Source of the DNA: a virus
DNA length: 64,000 bases
Virus record (IMG/VR): IMGVR_UViG_3300031952_000005
Location: 41,465 to 105,464 of that record
Reading direction: 5' to 3' (one strand)
Shown: positions 1 through 9,817 of the stretch, piece by piece
Position numbering within the stretch: position 1 is the first letter of the stretch
How the letters are laid out: each line of letters begins with the position of its first letter
Notes under the pieces: model-generated
Database searches by the model: none
Seen by the model: the letters and a program-made list of their open reading frames with translations, nothing else
What the model was told of the DNA's origin: nothing
Program-made: the position numbers and the translations under genes

Positions 1-3000
1 TTGATTCTTTAGTAAACATAGACTCACCATTACGTAGTTCATTGATACTTCTTTGTAATTTATCAAATGATATAAAAGTTGGATTAATTTTCTTATACAA
101 GTTTACTAATGAACCTGCGTTTCTAATACCCCATGTTTGCTGTGTTTGTTCTTTATATAACTGTAATAATATTACTTTCTGTGCTTCATTAGATAATAGA
201 GTAGTTACACCTTTTATATGAGAAGATACAGTAAATCCAATATCTTCAACAGTAAGGGTGTTACTTTCTAGTCTACTTTCATTAAGAGCATTCTGTTGAA
301 AATCAATCATCAAGTTTTCCTTGTTGATTTTAACATTACCAGGAAATGAATCTTGTGTAATTAATCCTGCATCTTTTAGTTCATTTAATAATGCTGCATT
401 ACCATTGTTTTTGATAAAGTCTTCCATTTCAGTTTTTAACTCATTAGTCAAAAACTTGAACTCAGTTGATATAGAGTCACTTACTGCAAAACGAGATGCT
501 TGTACTTTATTAATTGCATTGTTAATTTCTGGAATAAAGTTAAATCCAAATGCAAATGCGGGATCTAATCCAATACCTATCATTGCAAGAGTAACTCCTG
601 TATTTATTTCATTCATTCCAAGTGCTGCTGGAATAGGTTTTTTCATACCATCTGCAGCAATACCTAATACAACACCATTTAACATGATTACTCGTTGTCC
701 ATTTTTGTTTATTACACCAAATTTAAAAAGATTATTTTGTGTAACAACTGTACTACCATCTGATTGTAAATCATTACTTGCATATTTCCAAATTACATTA
801 TCAGAATTAAGTTCTAATTCATACTGACTTGCAAGTGCCAAGAACTTCTGCAATGATGCAGCAATACCAATCATGTCTTTGTATGCAGCACCTAATGCTT
901 TAGATTCAATAACTGATGTAATTGTGTTGGGATCAGACTTAGGTCCAAAGTTATCAAGATCTCTACCATATCCTGTTACAATACTTTCAAAATATTCTGT
1001 AGAAGAAGTCTCGTGTATATACAAGTTTTTAAATACTGCTTCGTTAGATAGTATATCTATTTTTGCTTGTAAGTTTTTATTTTGATGTATTGGTAGTACT
1101 GACAAATGATTTACAATATTACTATCAAAGTTTGCTTGGTCTACTGGTAAACCATATTTTTCAAATACTTGCAGTGCTGCTTCTATACGTAATGAACCAT
1201 TTGCAAAAGTTCTTAATCTACGTTTTTCATCACGTGTCTTTTTAAGATCTTGATATGTTTCATCAAGTTCAGTTTTTAAATCAAAATGTTCTTTACCAAA
1301 TTTTCTACGATTTGCTTTTGCAAGATAATCATCAGGATCATTTTCTGTATCTTCAATAGATTGAACAAATGCTTGTTTAACTACTTTTTTTTCAGATTTT
1401 ATTTGTTTAATATCATCTTGTAAATCTTCTTCATAACTTTCGAGTTCTTCATATATACCTGAAGTCATTGCTTTAATATAGTCTTCTTGAGTGTATCCCA
1501 TTGCATACATAACTTCTAGAGCATTTGCACTTACAGAAAAATTATTTGTTTCAGTTAATGCTTTTCTTTTTGCACTGATCAACTTTCTAAAGTTTTCATC
1601 ATCTGCCCTGTAATGTATGTACTCAATAAACTTACCTTGTGCAGGAGATTTATAAATGTTATAGTTACCATATTTTGCGTAGTCACCAACAGCATTTACA
1701 TAATGAGCAAATGTTTGACCATAAAGTGAGTCAACGTCAAAGTCAGATCCAGCAAGTAAGTGTATAAATTGTGGTACAATAATACTATTTATGTGAGAAC
1801 TATCTATATAATCTACCACTTTTAATACAATCATAGAACGTTTATCCTCAGTAGGAATACGTAATGCAAACATTTCACGAAGATTTTCCATAAAAAAATC
1901 TTCTTGTTGTTGACTTCTAAAAAATTGTTTTGGTAATATACATTCTACAAAGTATTTTTTACTAACCAGTTCTCCTGCATCATCATATTCTGCTTCTATA
2001 CGTACACCTAATGGTCTTACTTTTGTATTACGATATTTTCCTGGATTATTTCTGTATTCTTCAGTTGTTATTACTTCACCATTTTCATCTTCTCTTACAT
2101 CATAACCAAATGATGATACGTGAATGTTTTTAAATCCAGAACCTTTTTCATCTGTTATATGCTTACTATAAAGCGAAAAGAAATAATATTCTAGCATACT
2201 TCTTATTCCAGGTAAGTTAGGACTATGAACTGGTTTACCAAAAGCATCAACATCAAATAGTTTTAATACTGAAGATGGTGCATTCTGTTGCTCAAGATTT
2301 TCTCTTATTAAATCAAATACTTTACCTAAATCAAAGTCTTCACCTTTACGTAAAAAGTGCTGTAACGACTGCAGATTAGAATCAGAAATATCATAAAGTG
2401 ACTCTTGATATTTAAGAAGACTGTCACCTAATTCATTCATTGCTTTTCTTTCAGTAGAAGACATAATTGTACCCGCCTCTGCATGACGTTTGTTTGCAAG
2501 TTCTTCTATGTAATTTAAATCTGCAGGTAATAATATTTTACCTTGTACAGAGAATCGTGCAGTGTCATGTACACCAGAAGTTTCTACTTGAAGATACTTG
2601 TCTTCATTGTTTACTTTTAATGATGATATATTTAATGGTAAGTAGTCATTATCAGCATGTGCAAAATAATCAACAGGAAGTTTTGTAGCATTTTTAGATG
2701 CTTCAGTATCCATGATTTGATCAATATTATGATACTCCATAGAATTTAAAATTTTATGCAATTTTATTCTATTTGGTTCATATTTTGCATGTATCTCAAG
2801 ATATGTTTTTTGAATTTGTTGTTCTAATTCTTCAATATTACTGCTTACACTACCATCTTTGTTTATCTTATGATGTTCTTGTATTTGTTTACGTAAGGCG
2901 TATATAGTCATGTATTTGTCATGCAAATTATCATATACTTGATCACGAGTCATTCCTTCAGGTATAATTAATATACTTACATCATTTCTATCAATGTAAC

Positions 3001-6000
3001 TTTCTGATTGTTTGTGATAAATATTACGAGAAGCAGTAACAGTCTTTTTAGGATTGTTTACTACTTTGTTTTTTTCCATTTTGAGTACTTCTTCTTCAGT
3101 AAGTTCACGATAATGTTTTGCAATTATAGAATGCAATATCTCAGGAGTAAGTCTTCCTAATGATTCATGCATATCTGCTTGATGAAACAATGATGAAATA
3201 CTCTGACCATCAAATACTTTTTGATTTAGTTTAAAGTTCTCATAGATTGTTTTACGTATTGTTTCATCTGGAATTTGAATATCATCTAGTACTTCTTGTG
3301 GAGAATAAAATGGACCATAATTAGGATGTTCTTCATTAATATATCCAAACAATGTGTTAAGATAAGCAACTGTGTGTTTACCTTCTTTCATTGTACTACC
3401 AGATGCAAGAAACTTTTTATTACGTTTAGTAGAATCAATACCATCTTTAACGTTCATTGCTTTATCACCTGTATACAATTCATTTACCATTAGTGAATTA
3501 TACCACTGATTGAAAAAGAAATCTGCTAGTAATCCATTTAAATCAGCACGAGATTCTAATACACCTTGTACATTATAGTTTGGTTTTGTATTTGCATAAA
3601 CAGAAGTAGTACTTACTGCAAGATTGTTATCAATTTTTAAAGTATCAGCAATAAGAGAAGATGTTAAGTATCTTAACGATGGTTGTTTTGTTTCAAACAC
3701 TACAGGATACCCTTCTTCTTCAATAACTTTTCCTGTTGCAGGATCTTTCTTAATTGCTTTTACAGATTCTTCTTTTTCATTTACAACACCAAGTTTTTTT
3801 AAAGTGTTAATGTATGTGTTTAGTTCTTCTAACGCAAAATCATTTAATCCTTGACGTAAATCTGCAAGTGTACTTTCATCAATGTCTTCAAAGGATGCTT
3901 TGTCATCTTTAGCATACTCTAGTAATTTACTAGTAAGTAACTCATTTTTAGCATTTGCAAAAAAGTATGGTAAGTAATTAAAGTTATATGCTCTTAAATT
4001 TTCACTATCAACAGTTGCTCTTGTTTTATCATCCTTGCTTAGTACACCATTGTAGTTATTAATAAGTTTGTTAGAACTACCATCATCAAAGTTTTTTTTG
4101 TTAACCTCTCTTCTGTTCCATTCTTTTTTGATTCTGTTAAATTCTTGTTTTACTTTTCCTTCTAAATCATTTACAATTTTTAAATTCTTACCATCTTTTA
4201 CAAGACCATTTTTATCAGCGTATGTTTGATAAAGAGATGTAATTAAAAAGTTTGTTTGAGATGCCTCAAGAGTATCAAATGTACGAAGGAATGTCTGGAT
4301 ACTTGTTTTAGGAGTAGTTATGTTACCATCTTCATCAACAACAGTTTCATATGAAGAAACAGTTGTTCTTTGTAAAAATGATAGTATACTCATTACATGG
4401 AATGATTGTTTATCAAGTTTACCAAAAGTTTTACCTTCCTTGTATGTCTGGTTATTCATCTGAGCAACTCCACCAAACAATGATATGTTAGTATTGTCTA
4501 ATAGTAACTTAGCAATTGTTGCTTGTTTACTAGTTTTGTCTTTTAACAAGTCGCCAAATAATGGATTGTCATTATAAAAGTCTTCTAAGAAATCATCATA
4601 GTATGGATCAGTTCTTAATGTATCTTTTAATCCTTCTCTTCTTAATGATTGACCTGTTAAAATTAATGGTGTATATTTCGTATAACGATACACAGGTTTA
4701 CCAGCAGCATTACGAAATACACTTGGTAAATCAGTTGCATCATATTTTAATATGTATTTAGCAAATCTAGTAGAGATGTTAAAGAATGCACCTAAGTTTT
4801 TATTATTTTCATCAAGTGTTTTTCCAAATGCGTTTGAACTAATAGACTCATTTATTACTGGATCATATATTGATTTTATACTTCTAAAAAATTGTTTTTC
4901 AAGATACGCTTTATCAGCAATCATTGCAGAATTTGTAGCGTAATGATCTAGTGTCTTCTTGTCTATGTTTTCAAGAGCACCGTTAAGATTGTCAATTTTA
5001 TCTATTGCAAGAATAGACATTCTGATTAATGATTTTGGTAATGTAATGCCTACATCTTTAAATGCATTATACAATTCAAATGTCATAGTTTCCAATACTG
5101 TATTTGCATTTAATAAACTACCTATAAGTATTTTTTTATTAATAATGTTTTCAGATAAAGTAACAAGTCTTTTTACTGCAGTTACATATTCAGGATCAGT
5201 TCTTTTTTTAGCGTGTGTTGTTATCATAGATGATACCATGTCACGTCTTTTCTTTAATGCATCTGCTTGAAGAACTCTATCTGTTAATGTAAAACTTTCA
5301 ATATTATTACCTGCTTCTTCAATTTCTGCAGTTTTTAAACGAGCATTTAACATTACATATTCTATTTCAGTACCATGAAGTACATCTATAAACATATTAT
5401 ATAATTCTTTGTTTGTTGATGGATTACCATTGGTATCCATTCCTGTGTACTCTTTTAACTGATTGTAAATTGCTTGTAAATCAGCAGCTGCATCAAAATT
5501 ACCATCTTCTTTATAGATTTTAGCAGTAACTTGCATATTGTTTATAATCTCATCTACTTTGACATCAGCTGATATTTTTAGTAATGAACCAAAAATACTT
5601 TCTCCATCAATTACTCTTGGAAATAGTATACCAGATTCTGTATCTTCTTTCTCATAACTTATAATACCAAGAAATCTTCTTAATTGTCTTGGAGCTGAGT
5701 CAAGTCTGTTGTGCTCACCAAATCCTTCATCAATATTTATATCATCAGAAATTTCTTCACCATCTTCAAAGTCTTCATCAACTTGTGACTTTTTTTCATT
5801 TTCACCTGCTAATTCTTTTAACAGTGTATTTTTATCAATTGCTGTACCAGTACCATCCAGTAATGAATATAACTCTTGAGTTTTTTTCTTAACTAGTTTT
5901 TTTAATACTTCAACAGATACTTGTCCAAGATTATTATCTAAAGGATCTGCTTCATATTGTTTTACTTTATTTGGTAATACTTTACCCTTGTATGCAGCAT

Positions 6001-9000
6001 TGCCTGAGTTATTTATATCATTAACAGTTTCATTATTTAACCTTGCTCCTAACATAAATCTATATTGAGAAACAAGATTGCTATATTGTTCAAGAACTTG
6101 TTTTTCTTTACCAGGATTCTTTTTAATCAATTCATCAAGATTATATACTTTTTCAAGTAACAATGTTTGCGCTGTTTTAAATTTTGCATCAAAAGTTTGT
6201 CCAGATGTATTTTCAATAACATATTTTGTCATCATATATACCAACTGATTTTGTTCAGCTTTTAATAATGTTGTAGGTGATTGACTAACGCCAGATGATG
6301 AATACTTGTCGTTAATAATTTTTTTCAATCCAGGTATTAACTCATATGCTGCTTGTCCATCATATAATTCAGATTGTATTTGTTCTGATTTATAGTATCC
6401 TCTTTTGATATTCTTGTATGTACTGTCAACTAGATTACTTCTTTGAGTAAACATGTCAATCAGTTTTTTTAGTAACTCAAATAATTTTGCTACAAGACCT
6501 TGTGGTTTTGTATTTTTATTCATGTAGTTTTGAAAACCATCTGCAAGAATTTCTTCTGCTTGTAACTGAAACATTTTATCATACTCATACACATAGTTTT
6601 TTTCACTTGCAAATTTCTTTAATGCTGCAGGTGTAAATGCACTCTTGTGTTTTTTATTAGATGATACTGCATCAATTAATCTTGAACGTTGTTCTGGTGT
6701 CATCAAGTATCTAAACACACCATGAAATGCCTCGTGAAATACTACACCTTTTGACAAGATAGAGTTATTCAAATAGATAACTTTGTCTTTAAACATTCCT
6801 AGTACGTTACCATCAATACTTGACAAATCAATTATACTTGCAATTTCTTCTTGACTGATACCAAACTGAGGAAGATTTTCTTGTAACCATTGTACAGCAT
6901 TCTGTCTTTCTGCTTCTGTTTCTGTTTGTACTTCTGTATTAGAAATAGAAAACATTTCATTTTCAGGAATATCATCTATAGTAACATTATTACTGTCTGT
7001 TACAATAATAGGTTGAGCTTGTACAACAACAACGTTTTCTACAGGGTGCTGTGTAACTTCTAATGGACTTTTATTAGATAAAGGTATTCCAGCAGCAGTT
7101 GGAGATTTTGAAGTGATTACAAGACGATTTCTTGGTACATCTGATATATTAAAACTATTTACATTTCTTTCATAATCTTTTTTTGCTTGTGTGTCATTTA
7201 AATCTGAAAATACAACACGAGAAACTTGTTTACCTTCATCATCAATATCTACTACTAAATGTTTTGGTTCTGGATAGTCATTCATAAAGTTTTCAATAAA
7301 TCCAGGATATTTTTTACCATTTTCTAGTAACTGTCCAATAACTTTATTAATTATTAATTTTGAAAACCCTTCTTGTTGTTCTTTTATTGCATCAATTAAT
7401 TTTACTACATTAGGAGAAGAATTTGTATTACTATACATTTCATTTACCATGGAGTAAAACTTTGCAAGATCTTTTTGTTTGTTTAAATCTAATTTAGAAA
7501 ATGCAATATTTTCTGCAACAACATCTGCTACTAATGAAGCATTGCCTCTTAGTGTACTTGCAAATGCTATTATTTTTCCTTCTTCACCATTAACAATTTT
7601 ACCATCTACTACTCTTGGACCAAACGTAAAGTTAAAATCTGATTTGTTATCTTCTATAAAACCATACTTACTATCTTTTGATTTATTAGATGGTCGTACT
7701 TCAATTTGCAAATGTCCATTTTGATCACTTGCAAAATTTATAAATAATTCTACTTTTTTATTTGCTGATGCAAACGCTTTAAATTTGTAAACTTTTCTAT
7801 CAAATGATTGTAATTGTAATTTTCTATCAGCAGCATTTAATACATCAGATAACGTAGTTATAAATGTAGCAAACCCTTCTACTTGTGATAATACATTTAC
7901 AGGAGATACTGCTCGCCATCCATATGTACCATTATTATTAAACCTTATAATAATATGTCTCTGCGTATTATAACTACTACCTTTAAATATTTGATCTTTA
8001 ATGTATGAATCATCAAGTTTTATTCTAGAATCAAAATGTGAATTTACGTATTCTTCCTGTGTAACAATATCTTGTACATTACCTTGATTATCTTTTACAA
8101 CAATTCTTTCATTAGAATTTAGTGTATTTAATAATCTAAATTTACTTTGTTTTGCTTTTTCAGGATAGTTTCCATCCTTATTTTTTTTGTCAGAAAACTT
8201 AGTAAATGCAAATACTACATTACGCTCTTCTTCTTTTATAGTTTTACCAACCTGGTCAATAGTGGCAATAGTTAATTTACGTGATAAATTTGTTTCTTCT
8301 TCTATTACTTCAGAAAGATTTTTAATTTTTGTGTCACCTGTTTTTTGAGAACCAATGTTGTACTGAGAAAAGAATTGTTCTGTTACATCAACAGAATTTA
8401 CATCATCAGTAAACTGAGGTTCTACAATTGCTGATAGTTGCTCTTTAAAGTCATTGTATAACTCATAAGCGTTTTTCATTGTGTTAATATCGTTCTCATC
8501 TAAACTATCTGTAGTATTATCATTTAATCTTTTGATAGACAGTTCTTTAACTTTTTCAAGATGTACAGGATTTGAAAAATCTATTTTTTGTGAAGTGTTA
8601 TCACTATTTAAAAATACATAGTTATCTAATGGATACAAGTAAAATTTTTCACCAGTACCAATTATCTCACCAACTAATGCAAATTTACTTTCAGATTGTT
8701 GTGGTCTAGCAACTGTAATAACAGTTCCTTTTGAAGTTGATTTTAAATATTTTATTTGAGTTTCATTTTCAAATGTTTCATGTGTTCTGTTTGCAAGTCC
8801 TTTATATTTTGGATTAGTTGCAGCAAGTCCTTGTATTCTACTGATACGATCATCACCAACAGTACTTAATGAAACAGCATGTATTCTTACACCTGCTGAT
8901 GGAAAACCTGTTTTAGCAAGATTCTTTAATGCATCTTCAACTTTTTGTTGTAAACCAATTTCACTTCTTATAGGTTTAATAGTAAAGTTAGATGATATTC

Positions 9001-9799
9001 TATCCTGATAAAATTCTTGTTGTCCTTTGTTACTATTAGATGTATCATCATTACGTGCAGGTCTTTCTGTTAAAATATCTTCAGCATCAAGTTTAAATTC
9101 ATCACCATTTTCAGTTGTTATAAATAATCCTTCAGGTTTACTTGTTGCTTCAACCATGTTATTATCCTTAAATGTAACAAGAACAGTTTTTAATTCAGCA
9201 AGATCTGATATATCTCGTATTGCAATAAAATCAGATTGTTTATTTAAAGATTCTATAACAGAGGTCATTCGACTTAATAAAAAACTTTTGTTATCAAAAT
9301 TATTTATAACATCTCTTAGTTCAGATGTAATATAAATTAATATAGTATTTTTTGTTTCAAGATCTTCAAAATCATTTGTGTTAAAATAGTTATTAATCAT
9401 TGTGAGTACTTCTGTAAGATCATCACCAGTTATAACTTTTTTATTTTCAAGATTTAGTATTGCTCTTTGAATTGCTTCAACTTTTCCAATAGGTGTTTTC
9501 TTAACAGTATATAATGGAGATATTGAAGAAAGAAAATTATCAGCATCAGATAATAATATTTTTGCATCAATGATTTTTTCTGCATTTCCTACTTCATAAA
9601 ATGATTGATCTAATCCATTTAAACCAACATATATTTCTGCAATAGAAAATAAAGAAAGTGATTTTTCATAATTAGAAAGACCACTTTTTAAAATAAACTT
9701 TGCAGTATTGTCAAAGTTCTTATATGTTTCAGGATTTAGTTTGATTAAATTTCTTACAACTGATACAAATTTGTCAGTTGATAATTCACATTGTTTCAT
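1..9799 (-). CDS. Giant virion-packaged DNA-dependent RNA polymerase (crAss-like vRNAP) with N-terminal zincin domain; 3' end outside window (>3260 aa)
   Basis: ATG at 9799 (MKQCELSTDK). Same frame contains GVVFHEAFHGVF (~6715-6750), VFDGQS (~3205), LRIPTEDKRSM (~1835-1865) and catalytic GSDFDVD (DFDVD 1730-1744). No minus-strand fragments appear in the ORF track here, consistent with one open frame lacking a stop in the window. Confidence 0.93.
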   Translation of the reverse strand, partial: MKQCELSTDKFVSVVRNLIKLNPETYKNFDNTAKFILKSGLSNYEKSLSLFSIAEIYVGLNGLDQSFYEVGNAEKIIDAKILLSDADNFLSSISPLYTVKKTPIGKVEAIQRAILNLENKKVITGDDLTEVLTMINNYFNTNDFEDLETKNTILIYITSELRDVINNFDNKSFLLSRMTSVIESLNKQSDFIAIRDISDLAELKTVLVTFKDNNMVEATSKPEGLFITTENGDEFKLDAEDILTERPARNDDTSNSNKGQQEFYQDRISSNFTIKPIRSEIGLQQKVEDALKNLAKTGFPSAGVRIHAVSLSTVGDDRISRIQGLAATNPKYKGLANRTHETFENETQIKYLKSTSKGTVITVARPQQSESKFALVGEIIGTGEKFYLYPLDNYVFLNSDNTSQKIDFSNPVHLEKVKELSIKRLNDNTTDSLDENDINTMKNAYELYNDFKEQLSAIVEPQFTDDVNSVDVTEQFFSQYNIGSQKTGDTKIKNLSEVIEEETNLSRKLTIATIDQVGKTIKEEERNVVFAFTKFSDKKNKDGNYPEKAKQSKFRLLNTLNSNERIVVKDNQGNVQDIVTQEEYVNSHFDSRIKLDDSYIKDQIFKGSSYNTQRHIIIRFNNNGTYGWRAVSPVNVLSQVEGFATFITTLSDVLNAADRKLQLQSFDRKVYKFKAFASANKKVELFINFASDQNGHLQIEVRPSNKSKDSKYGFIEDNKSDFNFTFGPRVVDGKIVNGEEGKIIAFASTLRGNASLVADVVAENIAFSKLDLNKQKDLAKFYSMVNEMYSNTNSSPNVVKLIDAIKEQQEGFSKLIINKVIGQLLENGKKYPGFIENFMNDYPEPKHLVVDIDDEGKQVSRVVFSDLNDTQAKKDYERNVNSFNISDVPRNRLVITSKSPTAAGIPLSNKSPLEVTQHPVENVVVVQAQPIIVTDSNNVTIDDIPENEMFSISNTEVQTETEAERQNAVQWLQENLPQFGISQEEIASIIDLSSIDGNVLGMFKDKVIYLNNSILSKGVVFHEAFHGVFRYLMTPEQRSRLIDAVSSNKKHKSAFTPAALKKFASEKNYVYEYDKMFQLQAEEILADGFQNYMNKNTKPQGLVAKLFELLKKLIDMFTQRSNLVDSTYKNIKRGYYKSEQIQSELYDGQAAYELIPGLKKIINDKYSSSGVSQSPTTLLKAEQNQLVYMMTKYVIENTSGQTFDAKFKTAQTLLLEKVYNLDELIKKNPGKEKQVLEQYSNLVSQYRFMLGARLNNETVNDINNSGNAAYKGKVLPNKVKQYEADPLDNNLGQVSVEVLKKLVKKKTQELYSLLDGTGTAIDKNTLLKELAGENEKKSQVDEDFEDGEEISDDINIDEGFGEHNRLDSAPRQLRRFLGIISYEKEDTESGILFPRVIDGESIFGSLLKISADVKVDEIINNMQVTAKIYKEDGNFDAAADLQAIYNQLKEYTGMDTNGNPSTNKELYNMFIDVLHGTEIEYVMLNARLKTAEIEEAGNNIESFTLTDRVLQADALKKRRDMVSSMITTHAKKRTDPEYVTAVKRLVTLSENIINKKILIGSLLNANTVLETMTFELYNAFKDVGITLPKSLIRMSILAIDKIDNLNGALENIDKKTLDHYATNSAMIADKAYLEKQFFRSIKSIYDPVINESISSNAFGKTLDENNKNLGAFFNISTRFAKYILKYDATDLPSVFRNAAGKPVYRYTKYTPLILTGQSLRREGLKDTLRTDPYYDDFLEDFYNDNPLFGDLLKDKTSKQATIAKLLLDNTNISLFGGVAQMNNQTYKEGKTFGKLDKQSFHVMSILSFLQRTTVSSYETVVDEDGNITTPKTSIQTFLRTFDTLEASQTNFLITSLYQTYADKNGLVKDGKNLKIVNDLEGKVKQEFNRIKKEWNRREVNKKNFDDGSSNKLINNYNGVLSKDDKTRATVDSENLRAYNFNYLPYFFANAKNELLTSKLLEYAKDDKASFEDIDESTLADLRQGLNDFALEELNTYINTLKKLGVVNEKEESVKAIKKDPATGKVIEEEGYPVVFETKQPSLRYLTSSLIADTLKIDNNLAVSTTSVYANTKPNYNVQGVLESRADLNGLLADFFFNQWYNSLMVNELYTGDKAMNVKDGIDSTKRNKKFLASGSTMKEGKHTVAYLNTLFGYINEEHPNYGPFYSPQEVLDDIQIPDETIRKTIYENFKLNQKVFDGQSISSLFHQADMHESLGRLTPEILHSIIAKHYRELTEEEVLKMEKNKVVNNPKKTVTASRNIYHKQSESYIDRNDVSILIIPEGMTRDQVYDNLHDKYMTIYALRKQIQEHHKINKDGSVSSNIEELEQQIQKTYLEIHAKYEPNRIKLHKILNSMEYHNIDQIMDTEASKNATKLPVDYFAHADNDYLPLNISSLKVNNEDKYLQVETSGVHDTARFSVQGKILLPADLNYIEELANKRHAEAGTIMSSTERKAMNELGDSLLKYQESLYDISDSNLQSLQHFLRKGEDFDLGKVFDLIRENLEQQNAPSSVLKLFDVDAFGKPVHSPNLPGIRSMLEYYFFSLYSKHITDEKGSGFKNIHVSSFGYDVREDENGEVITTEEYRNNPGKYRNTKVRPLGVRIEAEYDDAGELVSKKYFVECILPKQFFRSQQQEDFFMENLREMFALRIPTEDKRSMIVLKVVDYIDSSHINSIIVPQFIHLLAGSDFDVDSLYGQTFAHYVNAVGDYAKYGNYNIYKSPAQGKFIEYIHYRADDENFRKLISAKRKALTETNNFSVSANALEVMYAMGYTQEDYIKAMTSGIYEELESYEEDLQDDIKQIKSEKKVVKQAFVQSIEDTENDPDDYLAKANRRKFGKEHFDLKTELDETYQDLKKTRDEKRRLRTFANGSLRIEAALQVFEKYGLPVDQANFDSNIVNHLSVLPIHQNKNLQAKIDILSNEAVFKNLYIHETSSTEYFESIVTGYGRDLDNFGPKSDPNTITSVIESKALGAAYKDMIGIAASLQKFLALASQYELELNSDNVIWKYASNDLQSDGSTVVTQNNLFKFGVINKNGQRVIMLNGVVLGIAADGMKKPIPAALGMNEINTGVTLAMIGIGLDPAFAFGFNFIPEINNAINKVQASRFAVSDSISTEFKFLTNELKTEMEDFIKNNGNAALLNELKDAGLITQDSFPGNVKINKENLMIDFQQNALNESRLESNTLTVEDIGFTVSSHIKGVTTLLSNEAQKVILLQLYKEQTQQTWGIRNAGSLVNLYKKINPTFISFDKLQRSINELRNGESMFTKES

Positions 9800-9817
9800 A
9801 AGAATAATTTTTTTTAA

